Source: Octopus sinensis (lineage: Eukaryota). Taken from it: a DNA stretch of 64,000 nt. The stretch is from contig NC_043000.1 of assembly GCF_006345805.1 (NCBI RefSeq), positions 159,464,001 through 159,528,000 of the forward strand. Direction: 5' to 3'. The position numbers and the translations under genes were made by a program. Shown one piece after another: positions 40,131-53,399 of this stretch. Every line of letters begins with the position of its first letter. Position 1 is the first letter of the stretch. The notes under the pieces were generated by a model. It did not search any database, was not told the origin of the DNA, and saw only the letters and a list, made by a program, of their open reading frames with translations.

Positions 40131-40502
40131 TCCAACATGGCGATGGTTGATAAAAACGAGAGGTTGAACGGAAAGGAGATAACAATAAAGAAATGTTGTA
40201 TGAAAGATAGATAATAATTTTGTTGATATGGTGGTGATCCCAACAAACTAAGGTGCGCAAGTGTGTGTGTATGTGAGAATGGTGTGGGTGAGTGTGTGTC
40301 TGGGGAGCGAGTGAGTTTGACGCACGTGTGCGTGTGTGTGCACGTGTGTAAAGTGTGTGTGTGTGTGTTGTGTGTAGCAGTTGATGTGCACATTTTAAAG
40401 ATGTATGTGTGTGTGTGTCTGTGACAAAATAGTGTGTTTGTATATAGTGTATGTATGTGGACGAAAGTTATCTTTGTGTATGTCGCGTTTATTTACGCGT
40501 GC

Positions 40503-40544
<42 letters not shown>

Positions 40545-40634
40545 CAACAATTGAGGGTAAAATTAATTAATTAATCAATTTCACCAAGTGTTCAGTATGC
40601 AAAGGGACCATTTAAGGCGAATTCAAATTATTAC

Positions 40635-40942
40635 ATTATATAAAAGGGCTTAGTAAAATAAATTACTTTGCCGCATACTGAACTCAACAGCTCAGTTCTG
40701 AGCTGATGATAGAAGTGTCGAGTTTGACTAATCTTGAAACGTACGTTCTCAAATAACCTTTGCATCTGATTTTTTAATGTCTCTACCCCCCATACTTCCG
40801 TGAGTTGAATTGAGCAAACACTATATGAGAGAGGTTTTCTTTAAGTATTAGAAATAGTTTTATAAATGTTTTTTTAGCTGCTATTTCTAATGAGTTCAGT
40901 ATGCGGCAAAGTAATTTATTTTACTAAGCCCTTTTATATAAT
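40635..40942. repeat. Perfect 52-bp inverted repeats flanking the hammerhead-containing segment
   Basis: ATTATATAAAAGGGCTTAGTAAAATAAATTACTTTGCCGCATACTGAACTCA at 40635-40686 has its exact reverse complement at 40891-40942. Confidence 0.9.
40699..40751 (+). ncRNA. Minimal type-I hammerhead ribozyme motif
   Basis: TGAG-CTGATGA-(helix II, partly mismatched)-GAAA-CGTACGT-T-CTCA. Core CUGANGA (40703-40709) and GAAA (40736-40739) are intact, helix I is 4 bp, helix III is palindromic. Confidence 0.6.
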
Positions 40943-41124
40943 ATATATATATATATATATATTGTCTGTGTTCAGGTATTATGTGCGTGTGTGGGTATGT
41001 GAGTGTGCATGATGGTCTGCATGATGAGTTGACGTAAGAAAAACGGGTAATTTTGAAATAATGGCAACGATAGTACTCACTCACCATAAACCTGTTCGGC
41101 AGGAAGGCTGTGCCATGTTGGACG

Positions 41125-41980
41125 GCCTACAGCACCTCACGGTAAACGGCATTTTTCGTTTTGGCTTTCGAGGCGAACAAGTAAAGGTTTTTCTTTTCTT
41201 TTTTTTGCATCCGACGTATAATTGGCCGTGCGAGAAGCATGGTTAGCCTAAATGGGGGTCTGTTGTTGCTAGAGTTTGGCCTTGGGACTTGTTGATGGAC
41301 ATGGCAAAGAAAAGTCGAAGAGGGAACTGAAGTCGACGCAAGGTACAGGGGCATTGCTTATCTGATGGAGTAAGAGGTAACCTGGCTATAAAGAGTTATC
41401 TCTGATACCCATAAGAATTGTTGCTTCAATAACATGAGGCAGCACATTTTTTATCACTAACCGCATTCCGTTGCATAGCCGTGGAGGCTCCAGCTTCCTC
41501 AGCAGCATAACCGGAGCTCGAATTTTGAGGTGCAGTTGATGAGGCGGTAGTCCGGAGGGGTCCAGTGAACTGAGGAATTCTATAGGAATATTAACGGCCT
41601 CTTCTTGGTTCACAACAGTGTCCACAAACTTGTAGGTATGAAGATTTCGCAGTGCGTTTTCATTCAGTTTCGCAACAGTGTTTTGGGGAGTTAATATGGC
41701 TCTTTCGCACAGCCAATTCAGGTTTTGGTAGTTTATATGCAGTCGTAAGGTCGTCCACAGTTTCCACAGGTGTGCCTACAGGTGATTCAGCCATCTCTCC
41801 AGCTGCATCGAAGGGGGCTGTACCATCACCAACGGCAAAAAGTTGCTTGGAGAAGTCGTCCAATAAGTTGTCGCCGAAAAGCTGGGCTCTCATGTTCGTT
41901 GTAAGAGTCAAAATTGTCACGTTCCCCCACAAGGAAGATAACTTTATGCAAGCCATTACAGCGTCGGCTCTGGTGTCTTT
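41125..41980 (-). pseudogene. Helitron RepHel C-terminal PIF1-like helicase fragment
   Basis: ACIKLSSLW..LTTNMRA, EFLSSLDPSGLPPHQLHLKIRAPVMLLRKLEPPRLCNGMRL, RLQFPLRLFFAMSINKSQGQTL, CFSHGQLYVGC and KTKNAVYREVL* are canonical Helitron helicase motifs. Frameshifted. Confidence 0.92.
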
Positions 41981-41984
41981 TAAG

Positions 41985-42366
41985 CCACATTTCGTCCGTC
42001 TGTATGTTCTTAGTTCAAACGTCACCGGAATCGACTTTACCTTTCATCTTTCTGAGGTCGATAAATTAAGTATCAGTAAAACACTGGGGTCAATGTAATC
42101 GACTTTTACTCCTCCCCTAAAATTCAGGCCTTTCACCTTTAGTAGAAACTATTATTATTACTTAAGCGGTAAGGTGGCAGAACCATCAGCCCCCCGGATA
42201 TTTCGTCCGCCTTAATGTTCTTAGTTCAAATGTAACCGAGGTCGACTTTGCCTTTCATCCTTTCGGGGTCGATAGAATAAATACCAGTGAAACGGTAAGG
42301 TCGGTGCAATCCACTAGTCTCCTCCCCAAAATTTCAGGCCTTGTGCCTATAGTAGAAAGGATTATA
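41985..42366 (+). mobile_element. Two family-A SINE copies
   Basis: GTCGACTTTGCCTTTCATCCTTTCGGGGTCGAT core with GTAGAAA..ATTATT tails. Confidence 0.8.
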
Positions 42367-43154
42367 TTTATTATTTTTATTATAGTTATTACGATCAATG
42401 ATTGCAAGATTAGACCGTGGGCAAGTCAAATATATTATGGTATTTAAATGTCATAATACATAGTTTTGCTCTCCGCTAGTCGAAAACAAAAAGTATAAAT
42501 TAAGTTTTGGATGTTAATTCAGGTTTATATTCTCATCCAAAGTAAATATTTATCTATATCCGCTAAAAGTTATTAATCTAAGCCTTGCCTTCTCGACGAA
42601 GAATGTATCTTGATTCGCTTAGCGCACTTAATTGCAATTGATCTAAATTAAGTGCAAAGAGTTTAGTTTTTTTATGATATTTAATACTAGAAGGTAAAGA
42701 ATATATCGCAAGTGAGAAGTGTCTACTCATCATGAATATATATATGTTCGTGCAAAAATCCAATAATCTTACCAATAATATAAAAACCAATTAGAAAAGA
42801 TATTCTTGGAAGAAAACAAAGAAACAAATACGTAAGTGCCATACATACATAGAAAGTAATGTTTTCCATTAACCGATTGTTCAAGCTCCACTGACTGAGA
42901 GTAGTAAAGCTTAAAATTTTCTTACCTGCAAAGACAAGAAACGCATTTTAATTAAATTTTATCTATATATACATATATTTATGAGGTTTCATACGCATAA
43001 ACACAAAGATAATTACAGCGATTTTCAATGCTTTACTTCAATAATTTCGCTGGAGTTATTTTTACTCATTTGTAGAGTGCACACGCCAAACTCAGTATAA
43101 TGTCCTATCACATTTTAAAACAAAATCTTATACTCTCGCATGCTTTATAAGAAT

Positions 43155-43398
43155 CAAGTCATCGGCTGCAAACCAAGTGTCACTGCCCATAACGTGGAAG
43201 AGAGAAAAATCAATAAATACAGGGGCTTGGCCGACCGCTAACTGTTTGTGCCAAACGCCGTCGAAAAGTCAGGTGTTCTATCGATTTCTTCCGCAAAATA
43301 GAGACAACGGCGGCCCGTCGGAGAAACGATCCCCGCGAGTGTCGCTGGCCATTCTCCACTGCAACGCCATCAAGGTTACTACTGCGGGAAGCGGCTGA
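43155..43398 (+). pseudogene. CRE-like non-LTR retrotransposon C-terminal (restriction-like endonuclease) fragment
   Basis: AHNVEERKINKYRGLADR*LFVPNAVEKSGV, then (frameshift) RVSLAILHCNA. Compare E.RK..KY..L....F.P.AVET.G and RLS.A..RGNA. Confidence 0.6.
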
Positions 43399-45667
43399 GC
43401 ACACCATTAGATCCGGGGCATTTGGCCCATCATCCCATTCCCCTCCATCTTCTGCTGCTTTACCCCCACCCACTTTTCTTTTTTCCATTTGTATTCGTTT
43501 CTTATCTACCTGCTTTCCTGTTTCTTTGTTTTTAAATGTTCTTAAGTTAAAGGGACCAATTTAATTGTTTGCGGAAATATACTTGCAGCTATTTGGCTAC
43601 ACATCCTGATGGATTAGCCCAATATCTAAAGGCATTCAGAGTGTATAGATTACGGGTTTTGCTGCTGACAAGATGCGAACCACTAAACTCTTCATTGTTT
43701 ATCTAGTTTACTATCGATTTATTTACTAGTGTTTCGAAAATCAAACAAGCATGAAAACTTAATGGTAGCCACTCTGATGTAGTAAGCCCAAAGATTTTAA
43801 TTAGAATTACATCCACTAAAAGACTAATTCAAGACGAAGTAAATTGCCAATTCTAGTTAAAAGACAGGAGAAATAACACCAGAAATTGAAATAAATTAAT
43901 CATGCACTCGATATTGATTCACGAAACCTATATCTCTAGTCAGTGTAAGGTTTTACCCTTTAGGTGATGTTTCGTTGACGAGGCTTAAGGCCGAAACATG
44001 CCCGGAGTTATCACCACACTGTCGAAGATCGCACACCTTATTCGCTGTATTTCATATTTAATTTTAATTAACGTCTCGCCTGTTATTCTCTTCAGAATTA
44101 GTCATTTGGGTTATTTGAATAATAATAACGCGTAATTTGAATAATAATAGAAAAGACCACACGGTTTACTACATCGAGTAGTTTAACGCCCTCTTGCAAA
44201 TTCAAGACAAAAATAAGAAATCTTCCAAATACTTTTGCACCTGCTGTATCATAGAGTTCATTAAGAGGCTAATCGACAGGTCGAGGTGAATGATATTTAT
44301 CAATCAGTTCATGATAGAATAAACGATTTAAAAGATCAACAAATGTTCCGGCATCTATCATACACTGAAACAAATGTAGACTGTGGTATTTGGAAACCAA
44401 GAGAAAAACTTATGGAGTGTTTGTAGAGGCTTTTCAACGTAGTGTATATCTGCGCCAATGGGAGGTACAAAATCTCAAACCATAGACTCAATTATACCCC
44501 ATCCAAGGTGGCAACACAGCGTGGTCGCTCAACAACTGCAGCTAGTTAAACAAAAAGTCGAGTCGATCACGGTTAGATCGACTCTGGTTAGAGTGCTGCT
44601 CATTCGGGGCAGCTTTGTGGGTAAACGACAACTAACGTGATATTTAGTTATAGAGAGTTCTCTTCGATTATATGGCGACAGTGATTGATTCATCCGAATA
44701 AGAAAATATTTTAAAACAGGTATAGATATTTACAAGTGTAGGGTTATTTAATGTATATTGTCTTAGTTAATAGACATTCGCGTGTGGCGAATTCTATCCA
44801 TTTTGAAGGCGAGACTAGTGAAAGCTGTAAATTCCATGTCTCATTCAATGAAGTGAAGGTGCTGCAGCTGATAATACAAATTGGTTAAACAAAACTGGTT
44901 GGCTGAGAGCACACCGCCTACAACAAAACTTACCAAGAAAGAGAAAACAGGAGATTTAACAGAAAAGAAGGAAAAAGATAGAAATGCACGGAGAAAAAAA
45001 GAAAAAAAAAAGAACAAAGATAGCAAGAATTTTCAATTGGTATGTCTAATACACATGTCAGAAAACTAAAAAAAGAGGCCAATAAAAGGTCATGGACTCT
45101 AAAGTTACAGAAAACACTGACTGCTTTTAAAGTATTTAAATAAGCACAAATATACAAGTGTGTGCGATTGTCACAAACAGTAGCTCTTCAGATTGAACCT
45201 CTCAACGAAAGTGCTAAAGGTGAGATTTAAGTGTAGAGTTAATAAGTACATAATAGCATTGCATGAGCGTGTCTACACACACAAGCACACGATTTCATGC
45301 ATTGTAGGGTCTAGCTTTGTAGAAGAGCGGAAGACTGGTAAAATTATTACAGAATGGAACAAAATACCTAACGGTATTTCTTCAAGAGTCGGAACATTCT
45401 GGCGGAGAAAGGAAACGGGATACAACGGTTTGACAAAAAATGCATGGTTCACACGCACTCCTCTTTTGCTCTTTCTGTCTGTCTATCTGTCTCTGTCTCA
45501 AAATGGACGTCATTAAAAGGAATAATGCAAACAAACAAAACAAAAAACAAGGGAGTCTAGCTCTACATGTAAAAATACGTTTGGAAGGAGAGTTTAATCA
45601 ATAGTTACTAACTCGTATAATACTCTGGTGTGTTATTGTTTATAAGAGAGTATATTACGTGTGTAGT

Positions 45668-45955
45668 GGAGACACATGGCCAAGTGGTTAGAGCAGCGGA
45701 CACGCGGGTTCAAATCTCAGACCGGGCGATGTGTGTGTTTATGAGCGAGACACCTAAGCTCCACGCGGCTCCGGCAGAAGGTAATGGTGAACTTCTGCTG
45801 ACTCTTTCGCCACAACTTTCTCTCACTCTTTCCTCCTGCAACTTGCAGCTCACCTGCGACGGACCGGCGTCCCGTCCAGGTGGAGTACCTATACGCCAAT
45901 GAAACCGGGAAACCTGTCCTTATGAGCCAGGCGTGGCTCGAGAAGGAACAAACAA
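45668..45955 (+). mobile_element. SINE family D-related
   Basis: GACACATGGCCAAGTGGTTAG head; ACACCTAAGCTCCACG.GGCTCCGGCAG is shared with 31440-31490. Confidence 0.75.
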
Positions 45956-47384
45956 TATTACGCGTGTACAACTAACCAGCCGTTTGTCATGACTAAACTA
46001 TATTTACGAAATCTTTTGAGACGAGTAGTGCTTTAATTTCGAAAGAAAATCACATCGTGTGCTGTAACAAAATTATTACAACTTAAGATTCGGAAACAGA
46101 AATATCAGTATTAACCAGAGACGTTTCGATGAATATTCTTCTACTCTTTTACTTATTTCAGTCACCAGACTGCAGCCGTGTTTGATTTTTTAATAAAGCA
46201 CATAACTATATTTTAGGATATACAGTAAAAGTTAAAATCTTTGAATTTTCCAAATGAGGTGAGAAGGCAGAAATGATAAGGATTAAAAACGTCAGGGGAT
46301 TAAAAACGTATGATTGACACATCTTGCTTAAAGATTTTGATGGTTTTACCGGCATCACGCCTGGTCGAAATGAGCAGAGCGTCAAGGAAATTTAAATTTG
46401 AAGGTTTTAGACGAGAGTCTTCAACCGTAGCCTCCTGGTGTCGGCTAAAGTGCCACAAAATGAGATTAAACTAAACCAGGAAGTCACGAAAAGTAACTTT
46501 CTTAACTACACTCCCCCCTCATACAGTTATGCTTGTGCCAACGTTATGCGTATGGGCAAGTCTACTCTAGTATGTTGTTTATATTTGCTTTAACAGATGT
46601 ATGATCATGTTAGATATGTACTATATGCATAAGCCTCTTTTTTGCAAATGCAACGTGAATACATCTGTCAGCGAGGATACTCATCAATGCTGAAATCAAC
46701 AACTGTGCAAGGCTGACGTACTGTTTATGCACTGAGAAAGAAACTAAGGATATGTGACAAATATTAGAATAATTATATGCATTAGAAATCCTTTCGAAAA
46801 GCTGTTGGAGACTTAGTTTTTCTAATGTAAAAGCAAACGATTTGCCATGTAAGGTTCATGACTTCAGAGGCTTTTTATGCGGTTGGTGTTGCATAACCTA
46901 GGTTAGCTCGGATAATGTAGACAAACGGCAGGTAGATCGAACGACTAAGTGTAATCAATAATTATATCAGGCATCTGTTTAACCAAGGACGACATCGCAC
47001 ACTCCGACACAACGTAGATTTACAAATAGAGTGCAGTGGGATAATCAGCTCAAGTTGCATTATTTCTATTATTCCGTCTGGTTCTGTATGATACAGGTCA
47101 AGGAGGTGCTTATAACGAATGTAGTATGAATGAAACTGAGTGTGACAGTTGCTGTTGCTTTCAATTTATCTATAGTTATGTGTCCTAGCATAGTATTTGT
47201 GAGTTAAAGCGGCTAATGATATTATTCTAACTCTTGCATACGTATACGTTTAAGTGAACGTTGCCAGTGTTTCTCATAGAAAGGTTTTGTTTTTTTTTAT
47301 TGCTGTTGTGTTCTGATTCTATGTACGTGTATAATATCCATGATTTGGTACGGCGTTTCTAGAATGTTATGTTATTAGCTTTTA

Positions 47385-47730
47385 CTCTTTTACTTGTTTC
47401 AGTCATTTGACTGTGGCCATGCTGGAGCACCGCCTTTAGTCGAGCAAATCGACCCCGGGACTTATTCTTTGTAAGCCCAGTACTTATTCTATCGGTCTCT
47501 TTTGCCGAACCGCTAAGTGACAGGGACGTAAACACAGCAGCATCGGTTGTCAAGCAATGCTAGGGGGACAAACACAGACACACAAACATATACACACACA
47601 CATATATATATATATACATATATACGACAGGCTTCTTTCAGTTTCCGTCTACCAAATCCACTCACAAGGCATCGGTCGGCCCGAGGCTATAGCAGAAGAC
47701 ACTTGCCCAAGATGCCACGCAGTGGGAGTG
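47385..47730 (-). mobile_element. SINE family B
   Basis: Reverse complement of the family-B body and tail, with an internal CA/TA repeat. Confidence 0.8.
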
Positions 47731-47957
47731 AAGATATTTTACTTCGTTTCTCAATTTCAGGAAAAGGAGAGAAAAAGTGATCATTATCTTCTTTTAAACC
47801 GTTCATCATACCTAAGGGTAATGGTTGATGGAGCCAGGTTAATACTTTTAATCTTCTGTTTGAACCCACAGACTTGTGAATTGGAAAAGGCATTCTAGAA
47901 GTGTTGTAATGAATTAGTGTTCTCGCCAGCAAGAGGTATTATGTCCCTTCTATCTAA

Positions 47958-48535
47958 TATTGTGCTGAGTCAAAACTTTTACAATATTTTGCTTTATTCG
48001 TCAAGTTTCAACAAAAACCTCTCAACATTCAAAGTAGAGGCCATTGTGCTGCTCTGTCTAATGCTACCTTTCTGTCGGTTCTTTGACCCTACACTGATAC
48101 CAGTTTTTGCCTTTCGAGGCGAACTCTTTCACTGACGTTTCCATCTCTTCATGGTTGTTGAAGCATCATGAGTGCAGGGAGTGAGTAATAGATCGGAGCA
48201 AGTAATAATCTGAGGGAGCTAGGACTGGACTATATGCTGAGTGTCGTAGGTATCAGTTCGACTCCCTAAAATTCCAGGAATTTATTCCGGGTCATTCGAG
48301 CGGTATGATGTGTTGCGTCGTCCTACAATAGATGATTTCGCTTTCAGTTAAGCGATGCCGGATATTTTTGTCGCACAATGGCATACACCCGTTCAAGTTG
48401 TTCACAGTACAGGTTGGCGTCTACGTTTCGACCACCCAGAATAAACTCGAAGTGAACTATCCCCACTTATTCCATCAGATAAAAAGCATCACCTTGCGTT
48501 AGAAACGCCTATGTTTGGCGTGAGGTCTTGAAATC
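47958..48535 (-). pseudogene. Mariner transposase C-terminal half plus 3' TIR
   Basis: Minus strand gives IVHFEF..GRNVDANLYCEQLERV..AYSPVLAPSDYYL..GLYFEC*, followed by a TIR-like TATTGTGCTGAGTCAAAA at 47958. Confidence 0.8.
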
Positions 48536-48569
48536 TAACTCTGGCTTAACCACTTCTTATGCACGTTAG

Positions 48570-48862
48570 GATAGCGGTAAAATATCTCCCTCGGATTATT
48601 ACTTGTTCCGATCCGTGGTTCAGTTCCTGCATTCGCAACGCTTCATCAACCAAGAGGAGGTAGAAGTTTCGTGAAAGAGTTCTTCGCCTCGAAAGACACG
48701 GATGGATATCAGCGTAGGGTAAAACGAACTGGCAGAAAGGTGGCTTCAGACAGGGCAACATGATGGTCTCTACTTTGAATGCTAGACTACTTTTGTTGTA
48801 ACTTGACGAATATATCAAATAAATTAACAAAACATTGCAAAAAATTTTGACTCAAGGTAATA
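48570..48862 (+). pseudogene. Second mariner 3' end (same family) in the opposite orientation
   Basis: PSDYYLFRS..QRFINQEEVEV.VKEFFASKD.. homologous to the minus-strand copy. It ends TTTTGACTCAAGGTAATA. Confidence 0.78.
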
Positions 48863-50887
48863 TAAAAGCTGAAGTTTAAAGTGAGTAATGATAATGTTTA
48901 ACTATCGGTAATGATGTAGATGATGATGATGTAGATGATGATGATGTAGATAGTGATATATGTAATGATGACGACTCGATAACGATTCTATATTGTTAAT
49001 TATGGTGGCAGAGACGACATTAATTTAGAGAATGAGTGATGATGTAAATGAAGACGTAGATAGGGAAGAGAACAACAATAACGGTTATAACGGAGAGATT
49101 CCGTCGCCATGAAGGTGAAATGTCATTAAGAAAACCAGCAATACGACTTGAGATATTTTCATTCGTTTTGGAAATTAAGATGGATCACATAGAATTATAT
49201 AATAAAAAAACGTCTTTGAAAGCAGGCTGTGAAGTGGAGAGAAGGCGGAGAATTATAAAATAGAACAGTCTTTCCCATACACATAGACATATATACAAGT
49301 ACACGCCACTTAATATTTCCATGCTAAAAAATGATTTTCTTTGAATACTCTCACAGTAGTACACATATCCTACTCAACACTACACTAATATTACTACCTT
49401 AACTTTAGGCAAGATCCGTCTACACTGATATGCTTGCGAGTGCGCACAGAAAGGCGCTCCACTGTAAACAATACATACTTGAATACAAACACAAAACATC
49501 CGTTCTAGTAAATAAATGTTAATTCATGTGTGAAATTAAATGAGGGAAACCTCGCTTGTACTCCCCACATTTCAGCTTTCCTCTCAGAGCAACATATTTA
49601 TTATTAGTTGTTTCGTTTTACTTTACATCGTTCGTCCGTGTATGTATATTTTCTCTATAATACTATTATTATTAGAACTATTATTTTTTGCATTTGAGCG
49701 ATTTTTTCCGACTAATCTATTTAGAAATTTGCAAACGCGAAGAGAAAAAGAAAATTAAACAGACGGTTTTGGTTTCAAATCTAACTTACACTACATATGT
49801 TCCTTTTATGTAGGGAAATGGGTAGTGGCACGAAGAACGGAAATGGAAGGAATAAAAAAAGCGAAGAAAAAAGGGATTAAAAGAAAATAGGAGAAAATAA
49901 GGGGAAATAAGTACCACAGAAAGTCCAGCCTGACTAAATATCTTATCTACAGACATGATTTATGTAATTTCCAAACTCAAGTGACAATTCTGAAGTCCTT
50001 TTTTTATGTCTTGGATGTAAAAGCTTTGTTTATATCCCAGACAATTTGCGTGCATTAAAATGAAAGAAAATATATCTGTTTTCCTTGTCAAAATAAGCAG
50101 TCATCTTAAACAAATACATACATTGTGTAAAAATATCCATTTCGTTGAAACGGAGGTTTCACCCCGTCGTTACTCAGGCGCTGAGTTGACAGTGATGTTA
50201 CAATATTGGATGGAATACTTTGCAGCATTCGTTCTGGATCTCAGTCTCCGATTTCAAACTCCCAAGCTAAACTCTGCCTCTTACCCTTTCTGGGGACAAT
50301 ATATAATGTAGCAATCTCATTCCTTTAATAAGAAATGAATTGTTCTTGATATTAATTCATGTATAAGCAATGATAGCATATCTAGTACATTTTCTAACCT
50401 GTTCTTTTAGTGTTGTTTGGCACGCAGGTCATTGATAGTCCATTTAGGAGTGAGTCCTCTAATCTGTTCTTTCTTCTTGGCTTTTAGCTGCAGATCAAAC
50501 TTCATCCAGGCGACCAACGATGGAAAATTTTCAATTACATTGACTACATTGCAAGATTACATTGCAAGATGTACCTTAACGTTTATTGACGCTTAAGTGT
50601 GAAGTGGAGAATACGGCTGCTTCTTTGAGACCAAGCGATTACTTAAAAACACCTTCATTGACTCCATCGTTCCTCTAAATCCCGGTGATCAAGTCCAAGT
50701 TCTGTAAACTTTGCATTCCATGTTTCTGCAGTGCGGAGATTGATGAAATCGAATTGACTTTGACTTTCCACAAGGAATCGTCATTAGTTATTATTCATTA
50801 TTTTGGCTAAAACGTAGCTGTGCGTAAACTTGTGTTATATAGATATGCTAAGGGAATGTTCCTCTTATTCTATATCCTATATACCGA

Positions 50888-51070
50888 CGTCACTGGTGCC
50901 AAGCTGTATCGGCCTTGCCTTTCCCTTGGATAACACTGGAGGCGTGGAGAGGGGAGGCCGGTATGCATGGGCGACTGCTGGTCTTCCATAAACCACCTTG
51001 CCCAGACTTGTGACTAGGAGGGTAACTTTCTAGGTGCAATCCCATGGTCAGTGTCGTGACCGAAGGGTGT
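50888..51070 (+). mobile_element. 3' half of SINE family C
   Basis: Near-identical to 30160-30340 (CACTGGTGCCAAGCTGTATCGGCC...GGTGCAATCCCATGGTCAG). Confidence 0.85.
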
Positions 51071-52465
51071 CCCGACATACCGATATGTTAAATATTCCCA
51101 CCAAAGGCAGGATATGGAATAAAGAGCTTTTCTCAAATATTATTACAACAAAATGACACATCAAAAGGGGATTAGAACTCCCTAATCGAAAGTCCTCAGT
51201 ACAAATCTATACACTCGAACACGTCGCTTGCGTGTATGCTTGAGTGTAGCCACTGAAAACTAGCTTGACACAGAAGGACCATTGTTGTAAGATTACGCAG
51301 CTAATAATCTCTAGATAGACATAAATATTAGATAAGGAATTTTAGTAATATGGTTAAATAAATTTAACTCAGCTTTGCTACTTGTATATTCTCTATAATA
51401 TAACTGAGAGAGATAGAGGGAAGTTATGAGAAAATGTGAGGAGAGAGACGGAGAGAAAGCGAGAGATCGTGGTACAAGCAAAGAAAATAACACAAATAAT
51501 GCATATCTATGTCGACGAATGGCCTCTGTGCAGCGCATAAACAAGGTTCTCAATCAGAGCGTTCACTCATATATACACAACACAAACATTCCATTCACAT
51601 ATGTATATAATATAGCGTCTGTATGCTTTGCTCACAAAATTTCGAAGACACAAACATATATGTATATGTACGAACGAATACATTACGCATAATTATATAT
51701 ACATATGCATTCATATGACACTGTCTGTCATGTAATTATATATATTTATGTATGCAACCGACCCTTTTTTTCCTTATCCACAAGCACATTGTCCCAAAGT
51801 AACATCTACCTCACGCTGCAGCTTGCATAAACAGCTAAATTAATGAAATTCCCGTAATTCATGTCTCACCATTTCATACCTGAGACTAATCCTTACAATC
51901 TCAGACTGCTCTTTACCAACAATCTCACTGACGTAATGAAATAGTGTGTACGTGAGAAAGAGAGATACATAAAGGAAGAAAGAGAGGAAAAGAGAGCAAA
52001 TTGTTTTTAAGCAGACAATTCTGTAGACTGGTTTACATGTTTTAACTCTTTGTTTTCTTAAAATTTCCACTCTCAGAATATTATAGAATAATACATGTCG
52101 ATGAGTTTCGGTGTATAAAAAGAGTTTCTACATGTTCGATCGACTTACTGCATAAAGCAATTAAGACTCATTGAAACAACAGACAACCATCCGAAATAAA
52201 AGTAATGATGGACGATGTACTTCCTAAAGTAAAAATACACGAGTTACTTAGGACCGAAACGTCTTTCAAAATAAGTTTTCGACCGAACTAAGGTGAAACT
52301 CTACTTGATTGATGAATACGTTACAGAAACAAAACTCAAATTTCCCGAAAGTCACACCACAACGTATTAAATTAAGTGAGGATAAAGTAATCATATATTC
52401 AACAAAGACAACATAATACATAAATATTATATAACTGCCTTTAAGCAGTGTTTCTCTTGATTATA

Positions 52466-52525
<60 letters not shown>

Positions 52526-53399
52526 TTAAGGTCAGACAGGAAAGTAGGACGGTTAGGTTTAGTTGTATGTGGAAAAACAGCTACGGGTCTAATGTGCAAT
52601 ATATTATATTAACTATCAAAGGAGGAGAAATAGGGATGAGTCAAATAAAATGGAGAATTAAATTTCAAAAATTGGATGTGCAAAAAAATTAAAGTGTTTA
52701 AAAATTGATTATAACGGTTTCTAATGGATTACATTACGGATTTACATGTTTGAAGAATAGATATATCTTAACTATAAAGAAATTTAAATGCATCAAGTCT
52801 TTCAACCTTCACATAGATGATACAATAAGGTTCTAACAGTGGAATTGAAAGAATTCATTAGTCATCTATCTGTGGTAATAATATATACATTAAAAAAAAT
52901 TTGGTACACGCTGCAATAATACTAAGCGGGACTAATACAGTAGTTTCTTGAAATTTCTTCGAGCATTGTGTGGAGTTTTTAACGTGAAGCAATAGGGAGT
53001 AACTTTCGCAAACAGCAGTAACTTTCTTCAGCTGAATACACGTCGTTGACTGGTTAAAATTACCCAAATACGACAACTTTAACACGAAGTAACTTTTAAA
53101 ATATAAAATGACACGTTCAACCAATATCCGTTTAGTTAAAAAAAATTAATCAAAATATCTTACTGAGATTGAAAAGACCCAGAAAAGAATTAATAAAAAA
53201 AATCTGTGACTGAGATTGAAAAGATCCAGCAATAGTGATATTCAACGGTTAAGTTTTTATTGTGAAAAAGGCAATACTTTACAGCTTTTGAAAAAGTTTG
53301 TTAATATATATTCTTATAAGTTATATTTTATATTGAAGCAAATAGATGTTCAAGTTTATGAGTTAATATAGATTAAGAAGGCCAAGAAGAGATGAAAAA

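Noticed and set aside
52205-52265. ..CCTAAAGTAA..TTACTTAGGACC-GAAACGTC, a hammerhead-like 3' half
   Set aside because: No CUGANGA core and no convincing helix I upstream; at most a heavily decayed remnant.
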